Below, piece after piece: positions 51,550-64,000 of a stretch of 64,000 nt of DNA (position 1 is its first letter; each line of letters opens with the position of its first letter). The stretch spans positions 64,108,001 through 64,172,000 of the forward strand of contig OX597823.1 of NCBI GenBank assembly GCA_951406725.2. Direction: 5' to 3'. Origin of the DNA: Octopus vulgaris (Eukaryota). The translations under genes and the position numbers were made by a program. The notes under the pieces were generated by a model. That model was not told the origin of the DNA. It searched no databases and saw nothing but the letters and a program-made list of their open reading frames with translations.

Positions 51550-54500
51550 CATATATACACACACATACACAAATGCATACACACACATATATATACATAC
51601 ACATACATGCATACATACATATATACATTCATACATATACACATACACGTACGCATGTACACATGCATAAAAACATATGTACAAACGTTTATGTTGAGAA
51701 GTCAATTTACAAGTAAAAACTAGGAAAAGCTCCACTGCATCAAGAAAAATTGGCAAGAAGTGTGGGAAGAAGGAGGAAAATGAAACCCCTAAAATGGGCA
51801 TACAAAGTCAAGGAGTGTAAGAGATCTTGGTGTTTTGGACAGGTGTCCTTTGTCAGTATAAATGGAAGAGAAGGGAAGAAAAAGTTATACTGAAAGAAAA
51901 CACTATAATTTCTTTAGGCCTAGAAACATAGATGTAACATAAAAATAAGCCATTCTGAATTTGTGGGCTTAGAATTAAAAAAAAAAAAAGAAAAAGAAAA
52001 ATTCTGCAGTTATTTATTGAAGAGCCAATTGATCAAAGTAGCAGAGTTACATTGATTTTTCTGTGACTTAATTAGTTTCAGAACCAGGGTTTTTGCATAG
52101 CCTGATATTGCTTGTTAAATAAAAAAAAAAAAGAATATAATAAATTTATTTATTAAGGAGAAATTTCCTTGAAGGATTCGATAAATTTTGTTATTTTGAG
52201 GAAGTGAAAAATCTCAGTGACGATGTCTTGCACATTGATTTTTACTATGCTTCTGCAGATTTGAAGTGTGGAGCTGGCAGAATCGTTAGTGCACTGGACA
52301 AAAATGCTTAGTGGCATTTCAGGTGTCTTTACATTCTGAGTTCAAATTCTACTGAGGTCAACTTTGCCTTTTATCCTTTTGTGGTCAATAAAATAAGTAC
52401 CAGTTCAGTGCTGGGCTTGATGTAATTGACTAACTCCTTCCCAAAGAAATTTCAGGCCTTGTGCCTATTGTAGAAAGTATTATTGAAGGCAGCAAGCTGG
52501 CAGAATCATTAACACACCAGGTAAAACACTTAGTGGCATTTCACCTGTCTTTATGTTCTGAGTTCAAATTCGGTCAAACCTTTGCCTTTCCTCCTTTTGA
52601 AGTTGATACGATAAGTACCAGTTGAACACTAGGGTTGATGTAATCGACTTGGCCTTTCCCCTACTGGCCTTGTGCCAAAATTTGAAACCAGTGGATTCAA
52701 ATGTGAATACATTAATAACTGCCATGTTTTGTGTTTGGAGAAGAACCTCTTCTTTCAGACAGATATGTGTTCATTGGAGAAGTTGTTCTCTAATGACGAA
52801 ATGCAATAATCATTAGCATACTCTTTTTTAACAATCTATCAGATTGTATTAAGAATGAATATGTAAGTTATCATTTTGATTCTCATTGTTCACTGTACAC
52901 CTGATGATTTGTCACTAGGTGGCAGATATCAGCATGCATTAGAAAATAATTTGTTTGCCTAAGTTATAAACAAGAGTTAGAAACTCTTACTAGATTTATG
53001 AATTTCATGAATTAATTACATGGGTTTCATGAGATTAATGGGGTTCCTTTATAATTCTTTACTACCCACAAGGGGCTAAACACAGAGGAGACAAACAAGG
53101 CCAGAAAAATGGATCAAGTCGATTACATTGACCCCAGTGCGTAACTGGTACTTAATTTTATCGACCCCGAAAGGATGAAAGCCAAAGTCAACCTCCGCAG
53201 AATTTGAACTCAGAATGAAATGACTAGAACAAATGCTACTTAGCATGTGCTAATAATTCTATCAATTTGCTGCTTTGGGTGAGGTAATATTCATTATCAT
53301 CCTCATCATCATCATTTAGCATCTGCTTTCCTTACTGGCATGAGTTGGACGGTTTGACTGAAACTGGTAAGCTGGAGAATCTGTACCAGGTTCCAGTCTG
53401 ATTTGGCATGGTTTCTACGGCTGGACGCCCTTCCTAATGCCAACCACTCCAAGGGTGTAGTGGGTGCTTTTTACATGCCACTGGCATGGGTGCTAGTTAT
53501 GTGACACCAGCATCATCCACGACGATGATCTCATTTGTTTTGACAGGTCTTCTCAAGTGAGGCATTTGGCCAAAGGTCTTGGTCACTAGTCATTGATTCT
53601 GTGTGGCCCTGCATTTGAAGGGTGTTTTTTGCTTGCCATTTACACGACACTGGGATTGGTCATGACTATGATTTCACTTGGCTTCAAGCATGTTCTCCAG
53701 CACAGCATATTCATTTCTACTCTAGGCACAAGGCCTGAAATTTTTGGGGAGGGGGCCAGTTGATTAGATCAACCCCAGTATGCAACTGTTACTTAATTTA
53801 TCAACCCCGAAAGGATGAAAGGCAAAGTTGACCTCAGTGGAATTTGAACTCAGAACATAGCGACAGATGAAATACTGCTAAGCATTTCACCCAGCATGCT
53901 AACATTTCGTATTTCTTTACTGCCCACAAGGGGCTACACACAGAGATGACAAACAAGGACAGACAAATGGATTAAGTCGATTATATCGACCCCAGTGTGT
54001 AACTGGTACTTATTTAATCGACCCCAAAAGGATGAAAGGCAAAGTCGACCTCGGTGGGATTTGAACTCAGAACACAGCGGCAGACGAAATACCGCAAAGC
54101 ATTTCACCTGGCGTGCTAACATTTCTGCCAGCTTGCTGCCTTTCAAGCACAGAATATTGCTGAAGGTCTTGGTTACTTGGTTTCTAATTTTGGTGCAAGG
54201 CCAGCAATTTCAGAGGAGGGTGTAAGTTGATTACATGGCCCCCCTCTCATTCCCAGTGTTCAATTGGTGCTTGTTTTCTCAACTCCATAAGGATGAAAGG
54301 CAAAGTTGACACCAGCAAGATTTGAACTCAGAACATAAAAACGGACAAAATGCCTGTATTTTGCCTGATGTGCTAATGATTCTGCCCGCTCACCACCTTG
54401 GGGCAAAGTATTATTGGTTTCAAATTTTGGCACAACGCCAGCAATTTCAGGGAAGGACTAATTCGATTAGATTGACCCCATCCCCCAGCATTCAACTGGT

Positions 54501-55679
54501 ACTTATTTCATCAACCCCCAAAAGAATGAAAGGCGAAGTCGACTGTGGCAACATTTGAATTCAGAACATAAAGTCAGAAGAAATGTTGCTAAGCATTTTT
54601 GCCTGGTGTGGTAATGATTCCGCCAGCTTACCATTTTTGGGTAAAGTAATATTAACTGCAACAACAACAACAACAACAACAAACCTTTCTACAGGACCAT
54701 CGTCCATTGCTCCGTGATGAACTCAATTACAGAGGAGTCTATTAAAGGAACTTATAATTGTTTATATAACATGATATATTTAAAAAAATAAAAATCAATG
54801 TCATTTCTTTTTTTCCCACGTTTTAATTGTATTAAAGTTATCAAATACATTTAAAATAATAATAACAAGTATCATTAATGACAGATACTGTAAAACTTAT
54901 TGTTCTTAAAAAAAAAACTTTAAAAAATACAAAACGAAAATGAAACAAAAATAAATTTGTTAGTAGTTATATATGAGCAGGAAAATGATTCAGTAAATTG
55001 AAAAAGAGTTGAACTTTCACCTTTTCATGACTTGTTATAATGTTTTTATTTGTGAGAACTGAAGTATTTTGAATTGGCAGGCATGATGGTAATACACAGC
55101 TACACAAATTAATTGGATGCAAAAACTGTTTGTAAAATAAATTATTTTACATCACATGCAATCACAGTCATGTTATAAGCGCTTTTGAAAAAAAGGTTGA
55201 TTTCCCAGTCAGTTTACACTTGCAAAGTGGTTTCAATGCCAGGCTGGAAACATTCTGGTTCGTTCATGTGGTTAAAATACTAAAATTTAGGGCCTAAAGA
55301 GATTAGTAAAAACAAACCCAGAAACAGCAAAACAATATCATGCGTAAATGAATGTATTCGCCCTTTTCAAGCCTAGTCAGGCTCATGGGCCCAATTTCCT
55401 GGTTTCTATGGCATATGTGTTCTCCCCAGCTGGACGGGATGCCAGTCCATTGCAGCATTACTCAAGAAACAGGAAGAAAGAGTGAGAGAAAGTTGGGGCA
55501 AAAGAGTACAACAGGGGTTGCCACCACCCCCTGCTGGAGCCTTGTGGATTTTTAGGTATTTTCACTCAATAGACACACACAATGCCCAGTCTTGGAATCG
55601 AAACTGCGATCCTCCGACCACGAGTCCGCTGCCCTAACCACTGGGCCATTGCGGCTCCATGTGTAAATGAATAGGGAAG

Positions 55680-56005
55680 ATATTAAGTTCCCAGATAAGT
55701 TATATTTAATAAAAAAAATAACTTATTAACCTAAGTTTTAACATCATCTCTTCCAAAAGAATCACCTTGTGCTGCAACATGCCACTAATTTATGCATTCC
55801 TGCCACTTTTGGAACCCAGCCTGGAAGTCATCTTGTACAGCAATAAGCCACTAATTTATGAATTCCTGTCACTTTTGGAATCTGGCCTAGAAGTCATCTT
55901 CCACAAGTGAGTTGAGGACCTTCTGCAATTTGCTCTTGATCTTGACAACGGTTTTAAAACGGTAACCTTTGAGCTGCATTTTCATCTTGGAGAAGAGATG
56001 GAAGG
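55680..56005 (-). mobile_element. mariner transposase 3' remnant with an internal ~65-bp duplication
   Basis: Minus strand FHLFSKMKMQLKGYRFKTV...DDF...FQK...AAQGDSF. The segment gccactaatttatg...gaagtcatctt occurs twice. Confidence 0.65.
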
Positions 56006-57298
56006 AGGGAATTTACCACTTCATACAACAGCCCATGCTGTAATAGAAACAACTTAATCATTTCGCACTACAACCAACACTGTAGAAGTAGGAGGAAATG
56101 TAACATTTCTTACTACAGCCAACACAACAAATTCCTCATTTCACACTACCCATCCGATCCTGTATGTAGCAGGAGGAAATTTACCACACAAAACTACAAC
56201 ACATACTTTGGTCAGCAAGAGAGCCTCTTTGTGGTTGTTTAACATGCTAGAAATAATAGTCAAATTTCTCATATAACCATTTTCCACTTGTTCCCATCAT
56301 TAAATTGCTGCTATGCTGGTGCAGTACCTTGAAGAATCTAGTCAAAGGAATCAAACCCAAAATTTATTGTTTTAAAGCCTGGCACTTATTCTATTGGTCA
56401 CTTTTGCTGAACTGCTAAGTTACAGGGACACAAACATACCAACAATGGTTGTCAAGCAGTGGTGTCAGACAACACAGACACAAAGACACACATACACAGA
56501 TATATATATATAATGACACACATATAAAGATACACACACACACACACATACACACATACTCATTGTGGAACACAACTGTCACCACATAAACCTGATGATT
56601 GTATACTGCATAAAAGCACTAGTTTATTTCAATATTGTAAAAATTGTAAATAGTAAAATATGAAAATGAGACTAAGTTCGAATTTCATTGATTAATATGT
56701 ATATTTACACACACCACAGGGCTCTTTCAGTTTCTTTCGACCAAATCCACTCACAAAGCTTTGGTCAGCCCAAGGGTATAGTAGAAGACACTTGCCCAAG
56801 GTACCATGCTGTGGGAATGAACCCAAAATCTTGTGACTGGGAAGCAAACTTCTTGCCACACAGCTATGCCTTCATACTGTCTTAAAAGGGATCATATATA
56901 AGATTATACCAAATAATGTAGAATAAGTTACCTGGAATAAGTTACCTGAAATAGAAAAAAAAAAAGGCAGTTTGGACATGGTTGGAATGTCTTGGTATAT
57001 GAGTTTGTTCAGTCTAGGCTGATATGAGCCTAAATAACAGCAGTAACAACAATACTGAAAAGGTCTACTATTATTAAGTAGATAAGGTTAAAAATTTCTG
57101 CAGCTCTTTGCTAGGTGTCACCTTTTTTTAAACAATAGCATGTATGGATGACAAGGAGATATTATTTCTTATTTAACCTGTCTAGAGCAGAGTAAGTTGA
57201 GTAGGAAGATAAGAGTGTTGTTAATAGGCAGAGAATGTGTATATACATGTGTGTGTGTGTTATTTGCATGTACATATTCACACACATGTATATACATA

Positions 57299-57365
<67 letters not shown>

Positions 57366-57368
57366 GTA

Positions 57369-57404
<36 letters not shown>

Positions 57405-57694
57405 TATAGTGTTTAATATCTATCTATCTACATCTATTTATATCTATGTATATATATATGTGTGTGTGTGTGTGTATATACATGCATATATGTATACACA
57501 CATTTATATATGTATGTATGTATAGTGTTTAATATCTATCTATCTATCTATCTATCAATATATATATACATACAAACATACATACATATATACATGTGTG
57601 TATATATATATATATGCATCTTATATGTATTATATATACATATACATGTATACACATATATGCAAATAATGTGTGTGTGTATATGTATGTATGT

Positions 57695-57734
<40 letters not shown>

Positions 57735-59608
57735 ATGTATATGTTAGATATATTAGCACTCAGTCTTGTAAAGAAGCCTTACAGTTTAGCAATTCTGTTA
57801 ATTCCACTTATGAGCAAAGGTTACTTTGGTCCAATAAAGAAAGCTTCAACCTAAAGGTTACACCACTCATTCATCATTCAACTGAGCTGTTCGTTCATTC
57901 TAATAGCTTCCAGGCATTCACCTGTTCATCCACCCATACCTGTCTTTCCTCTACCTTTCTGAACTCACCTTCTTAATTTCATTTTCTTCACAATTTTAGA
58001 CACTTTATTGTTCCAAATGTTCTATTTGCCAAAAATTTTATGCTAAGTCCTGTCGTTACCCTATGGAGTTGCAAGTGATAGATTACTAGTCTAAAAGCAA
58101 ATGAAAGGACTATTGTAACTCACTCTACATGCTAGAATTAGCAGGCACACTGCCCTCGAGTCTCATCCAGTCAAATATAAGAAAGAAAGAAGTACATTTT
58201 GAATAATGTTATCTTAGATGGACTATTTGTACACATTATTACGATGGGATGTTCATGAGTGGAATGCTTTTATCACAGATCTGCTCTATCAGTCCTGGTC
58301 TGTGGTTAAACAGCTGTAGCAACTGCTATGGTTTTTAACAACCCTATGAGAGTCCTGTATGATTCCTCAGCATGCAAGAAATGGCAGCCAATTTCTTACA
58401 AAGCACCACTTTTTTTTCTTTTTTTAGAAAAGTGGAAAGTGGTATTAGATAACGTAGTCTTATATTAATTCAAGATAGTGAGATGGAATGGTCATGGTTG
58501 GAATGCCTTCGATCGTGGATTTGTTTGATCAGACTTGAATTGGAACTAAACAACATTAGTAGCAAGAGCAACAGCAAGAGCTGGTGCTACAACCTTAACT
58601 AGAAAAATGTAGAGACCTTCACCAACAAAAAGAGCAACAACTACAACAACAACAACAACAACAATGACAATAATAGTAACAAAATCTTGTTCGCTTCTAT
58701 GTGTATATATATACTCATACTTTGACATGCATGATCTTAAATGTATCTGATTCAGTCAGTTCAGATGACAAGGGTTCCATTTCATCTGGAAAATAATTTA
58801 AATTTAACCCATATTTGCATATTAAGTGCTCTTTTGCATTTACATGATAATGATGGTAACAATAACAATTAGGAAAGCACTAGTTTAGGATGTTTCTGGC
58901 CACTGAGGCATATTCTCTTAGAGAGTCCTATTGCAAACCTACAAAAGTGAATATGTGTTACACAATGTATTTTGAAAGGCATATCTATAAAACTAGTTTT
59001 TAAACACTAAGTGTCTGTGGTGGGGTGGGATGCAGTGGCGGGCAGCAGAATAGGATAAAAATCCTTCCTGAGTTATATAGACTCAAAAGGCCTGTTTTTT
59101 GGTTCCAATGGTGTATATCTTAGCCCTCTGGATAAGTTACTGGTCCATCACAGGATTACGCATTTTTGCCAGGTTGAAGGCTGGAGCAATGTGAAATGAA
59201 GTGTCTTGCTCAAGAATACAACACATTGCCCACAATAGTAATCAAAGGGGCCCATAAGTAAAAATGCTTGGGAAAGACTGATGTAGAACAACAAACAAGA
59301 CAATCTGTTGTTGTACTATCAACTTCAACACAAGGCTTGAACTAATCAGTGGAGGCCCCTACTATTCTCAATTCATAGCTATTTTTTTTCCCTCTCTAGC
59401 ACTCTGATGAAAGCACATGATGAGTTTGAAGTCGGTTTTCATTAATCAAACTTCAAGTAATGCAAGACACTGAGGGTGCACCTCTCCCAGCATCACAATA
59501 TTTTTGATGAAGCAAATCAATCTGATAGCATAAATGGCTCAGGATGATTGGTATTTCTTCTCTGCTACTGGAGACTAACAAGATCCAGTCTGTCAGCAAC
59601 CAGCTTAA

Positions 59609-59819
59609 ATCCTTTAGCATTCACATTATTCTGTCAAATGTATTCACATCATTTTGAATTAGTCATGCTTTATCTTATCTTATAATTTGAGATTTTGATC
59701 AGGCAACTGTTCATTTTTACAAAGATGTAGGGTTGCTGTGACAGGCCAGATCTTACCAATTTGAACATAAAACAGGTGGAACATTTTGACTGTATATGGC
59801 TATTTTAATTGTTAAAAGA
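59609..59819. mobile_element. Degenerate TTAA-flanked piggyBac-type MITE
   Basis: ttaa|atcctttagcattc...ttgttaaaaga|ttaa. Interior is related to fragments at about 20150 and 20620. Confidence 0.5.
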
Positions 59820-60291
59820 TTAAAACTGGACACCTAAGCTTGCTTTTTTCTTTTAGGGTCTACCCTATCAAACTTAATCTTCCTGGACTCATGGACAAAG
59901 CAGCAAAGCAGTGCAGATAGGTTGCCCTCAGCATGGTACAGAAGCCCAAACTACCTTTCTTCAAGATAGTTTATCTGTAAGGGAACCAAAGTTCCATCAC
60001 TACAAAATTCATCCTACTGAGTGCTCGTGTACCATTTCTTTGTTTTTGAACACTTTTGTAACAGTTTACTTTGAGTGTTATAAATAATATGCAATCTAGT
60101 ACAATTTGCTAGTGTCAGATCACCAGTGACTAAGCAAGCATCACCACCAGTTTGGTCTGGTAAGGAGTGTTGTTAAATATCCAGTAGGCTGAAAACAAGA
60201 CTTGTCAAAGAACAAATGAACCCAGCAGAAGGTCAATAACTATCTTGCATATTTATATATAAATATCTATAAATACACATTTGTATATGTT

Positions 60292-60330
<39 letters not shown>

Positions 60331-60424
60331 GTACAAAACCCTACACATTTATACACACACATATGCACATGTATACACATATATAAACATTTCATAATAT
60401 ATGATATATTGTGTGTGTGTGTGA

Positions 60425-60456
<32 letters not shown>

Positions 60457-60626
60457 ATGCATAAATGAATGTAAGTACATGGATATATAGATATATGTGT
60501 ATACACACATGCATATATAATGTATATGTATATATGCATATGTATATTTATATATGTATATATATATATATATGTATGTATATATTGGTATGTACATATG
60601 TATATATGAATATATATATGTGTGTA

Positions 60627-60678
<52 letters not shown>

Positions 60679-60752
60679 AGAGAGAGAGAGAGAGGTAGAT
60701 AGATAGATATAGATATAGAAACTGATATACACACATATATATGTACATATAC

Positions 60753-60820
<68 letters not shown>

Positions 60821-61491
60821 ATATATATCAGTTTCTACATCTATATCTATATATTTGTCTACATATCTATATATCTCTCTATATATACATTTATATATAT
60901 TTATTCGAAAGCTAAATCTATACTCACTTTCCAATGCATACAGCGTTGCCTTGGCCTGCAGCCAAAGCTACAATGAAGCAATGAAAGAATTTGTTCTTGT
61001 TTACATTTCACTAATGACAAGAACAACAATATTCAATATCTTCAAATTTACTGAAGTTAATGTTTTGCCCCTTGGCAAATATTCAAACTTTTCTTGTCCA
61101 TTTTCTTTTTTTTCTTTTTCTTTTTTCTTTTCTCTTTTTTTTTATTTTAAACATTTCTTTTCTTCCATGTCTCATTTTGTTTGGTTTTCTTCTCATTATT
61201 CTTAATATTATCTGTTACGTTTTTGATTTTATTTTAGGCAGAAATATTTTGGCTAAATTTTTGTATTTTTGCACTTTTACAATTTTTGTAATTTTTTGTG
61301 TTTTTGGGGTGTTTTGCTATTTTTGAACTCATTTTTATTTTTATTTTTATTTTTTTTTTAATTTTTCACTATTTTTTTTTTTCATATTCTTAGTATTTTA
61401 GTAGTTTTCAGTCGACTTCTGTTATATCTAGCTGCTCGAATTGAAATATTGAAATTGCTGCACATAGCAGCAGACCAGTTATTGGACATTG

Positions 61492-61522
<31 letters not shown>

Positions 61523-61852
61523 TTTGATTTTGCTCTTCATCGTCTTTATTGTCAAAATCCTTCATCATGCTAGTTATTATGACTATAACCCTCATTGAGG
61601 TTGGTTTCATACTCACCATCACCCATCATCTTCAGTGCCATTTTCATTACCTCCAGCGCTGCCAGTACCAGCAGCACCAGCAGTGGCACCACTACCAACA
61701 CCAACACCAATACCATCACCATCATTATCAGTGTCATCATTGCATTTGTTGTCATCATCATCCTCATCATCATCATCATCACCGTCATCGTCTGTCACTG
61801 TATCTTCCTCATCAGCGTGATTGTCGCCATCGTTATCGTCATCATTATTTAA

Positions 61853-62275
61853 TTTTAATATCCTTTGGTATCTTTCTTTCATCATTATTGTCATTATTAT
61901 CATCCTTACCACCACCACCACCACCACCATCACCATCACCATCATCATCATAACCACCACCACCACCATCATCATCATAACCACTACCACCACCACCATC
62001 AACAACAACACCACCACCACCACCACCAACAACACCACCACCACCACCACCACCATCATCATAACCACCACCACCACCATCCTCATCATCACCACCACCA
62101 TCCTCATCATCACCACCACCATCCTCATCATCACCACCACCATCATCATCATCATAACCACCACCACCATCACCACCGCCACCGCTGCCACCACCATTAC
62201 CACCTTCATCATCATCATCATCATCATCATCACCATCATCACCATCATCATCATCATCATCATCACCATCATCAC

Positions 62276-62307
<32 letters not shown>

Positions 62308-62353
62308 CCATCATCATCATCATATCTAGTTTTAATATCCTTTGGTATCTTTC
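61853..62353. repeat. (CAC/CAT)n triplet tract bracketed by an exact 24-bp direct repeat TTTTAATATCCTTTGGTATCTTTC
   Basis: Copies at 61853-61876 and 62330-62353. Source of the poly-His/Thr/Asp ORFs. Confidence 0.9.
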
Positions 62354-62543
62354 CAACGAATGCTATCATTGTTTGAATGTGTCTGCAGAGAGATAATTGC
62401 AGATAACACCAATTGTTTAAATCTAGAATGGCAGCGTTTGTTTGGCGACTGACATTGTGATATCAGGTTTCTCCACTTCCACTTATGTCTTTCCTGTTTT
62501 TGCCCTGATCTGAAAGCCTCTCTCACTCTCTCTCTCTCTCTCT

Positions 62544-62574
<31 letters not shown>

Positions 62575-64000
62575 TGACACATGCCCACGACACACGCACT
62601 AACACACTTGCATGCACAAACACATGCACACTCATACGGTCACACACAAACACACACACATATATATTCTTTTATTCTCCTACTTGTTTCAGTCATTTGA
62701 CTGTGGCCATGCTGGAGCACCATTTTAAAGTGTTTTTTAGTCTTAGAAATCAACCCTGGGACTTATTCTTTGTAAGTCTAGTACTTATTTTATCAGTCTC
62801 TTTTGCTGAACCATTAAGTTACAGGGATGTAAACACACCAACATTAGTTGTCAAGTAACAGTGGGAGGACAAACACAGGCACAAAGACACACACATAAAT
62901 ACACACACACACACACATACACACATATACATATATACAAGTGTTTGGTCAGCCTGAGGATATAGTAGAAGACACTTGCTCAACGTGCCCTGCAGTGGGA
63001 CTGAACCTGGAACCATGTAGTTGGAAAGCCTGTGCTTATGATACATAGACATAATTAATTTAGGTGGAGGTGTGGGCAAGAAGCCTAATAGTTTAGGTGT
63101 GACGCTCAAATCACAAGAACATAGTTTCAATTTCAGTATTGCGCTCTTGAGCAAGACACTTCATTTCACATTGCTCTGCTTTCATTTTGACATCCGATGT
63201 GTGGCCACACAGTGTACCTGTATAGGAAGAGTCCATTTGACAGAAGGTATGGGCTCATGTACAAAACAAACATTTGGTTACTAGTACCACCAGACTGGCC
63301 CTCATGCCGGTGGCATGTAAAAGCACCCACTAAGCTCTCGGAGTGGTTGGCATTACGAAGGGCATCCAGTTGTAGAAACTCTGCCAGATCAGATTGGAGC
63401 CTGGCGCAGCCATCTGGTTCACCAGTCCTCAGTCAAATCGTCCAACCCATTCTAGCATGGAGAGCGGACGTTAAATGATGATGACGATGACGATGATGAT
63501 GATGATATATATATATATAACTTGTAAGGCATTGATCAAATGAAGACTATGGTAATGGAGACACTTGCTCATGATACTATACCATGAGCTCAATCACAGA
63601 AACTGGTGCTTCCGAAACAAAATTCTTAACAACACACTGAAGCATTCTTTTGTTTTACAGTACAAAAATAGCAATAAATAATCATTTCCTGACAGAGGAA
63701 TCAAAAACATAACAAAACAAAATATTTCATTGTGGATATGATGCAAAAATAATATGGCAAATATTGTTTCTATCGGATAATTCATGATAATAGAAAATAT
63801 ATATTGAATTATTAAAGAATGCAGAAATAGTAAAAACACTGTTATATAAATGCCTTCAGTATTTAACTCACCCCTGCTTCCTCTCTGTCTCTTTGTATAC
63901 ATACATACATACACATATACACAGACCTGCCCCCCCCCACACACACTCATATGACTTGGACTGAAATCCCCCCTGGTTGGACTTCATCATTTATTACTCT

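Noticed and set aside
57856-57976. Peptide VTPLIHH...QAFTCSSTH, faintly like the next CFAP65 exon (QAFSCPTAH in human, from memory)
   Set aside because: No polypyrimidine tract before the AG and no good donor before the stop; probably coincidental.
59404-59440. CTGATGA-AAGC...GTTT-GAAG hammerhead-like string
   Set aside because: GAAA is broken and no convincing stem I or stem III is present.
59857-59970. Strong + strand acceptor (ttttttcttttAG) as a possible further CFAP65 exon
   Set aside because: The required phase-0 frame hits a stop after six codons and no frame resembles CFAP65.

Overview
AT-rich, microsatellite-saturated eukaryotic DNA. The repeat families look like those of Octopus (coleoid cephalopod); that assignment is inferred from recalled SINE sequences. 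The window is almost entirely intronic. Four phase-compatible + strand exons (25985-26115, 43159-43273, 45510-45594, 50622-50770) splice into one open frame resembling the N-terminal Ig-like region of the ciliary protein CFAP65 (CCDC108); I found no flanking exons in the window. The introns hold dozens of SINEs (at least four families), a Gypsy pol fragment, an RTE LINE remnant with a 5' inversion, two kinds of restriction-like-endonuclease (RLE) LINE remnants (R4/Dong-like and Hero-like), several Tc1/mariner relics, three non-autonomous Helitrons, piggyBac-type MITEs, fold-back palindromes and local duplications. Most ORF-track entries are microsatellite artefacts. The most unusual signals are: (i) a complete set of hammerhead-ribozyme core motifs in a non-canonical, pseudoknot-requiring order in the 3' UTR of the Hero-like LINE; (ii) Penelope-type palindromes carrying hammerhead cores; (iii) two Helitrons at mirror-equivalent positions in both arms of an older fold-back; (iv) a 100-bp templated insertion traceable to one neighbouring SINE copy. 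All alignments and folds were done by eye.
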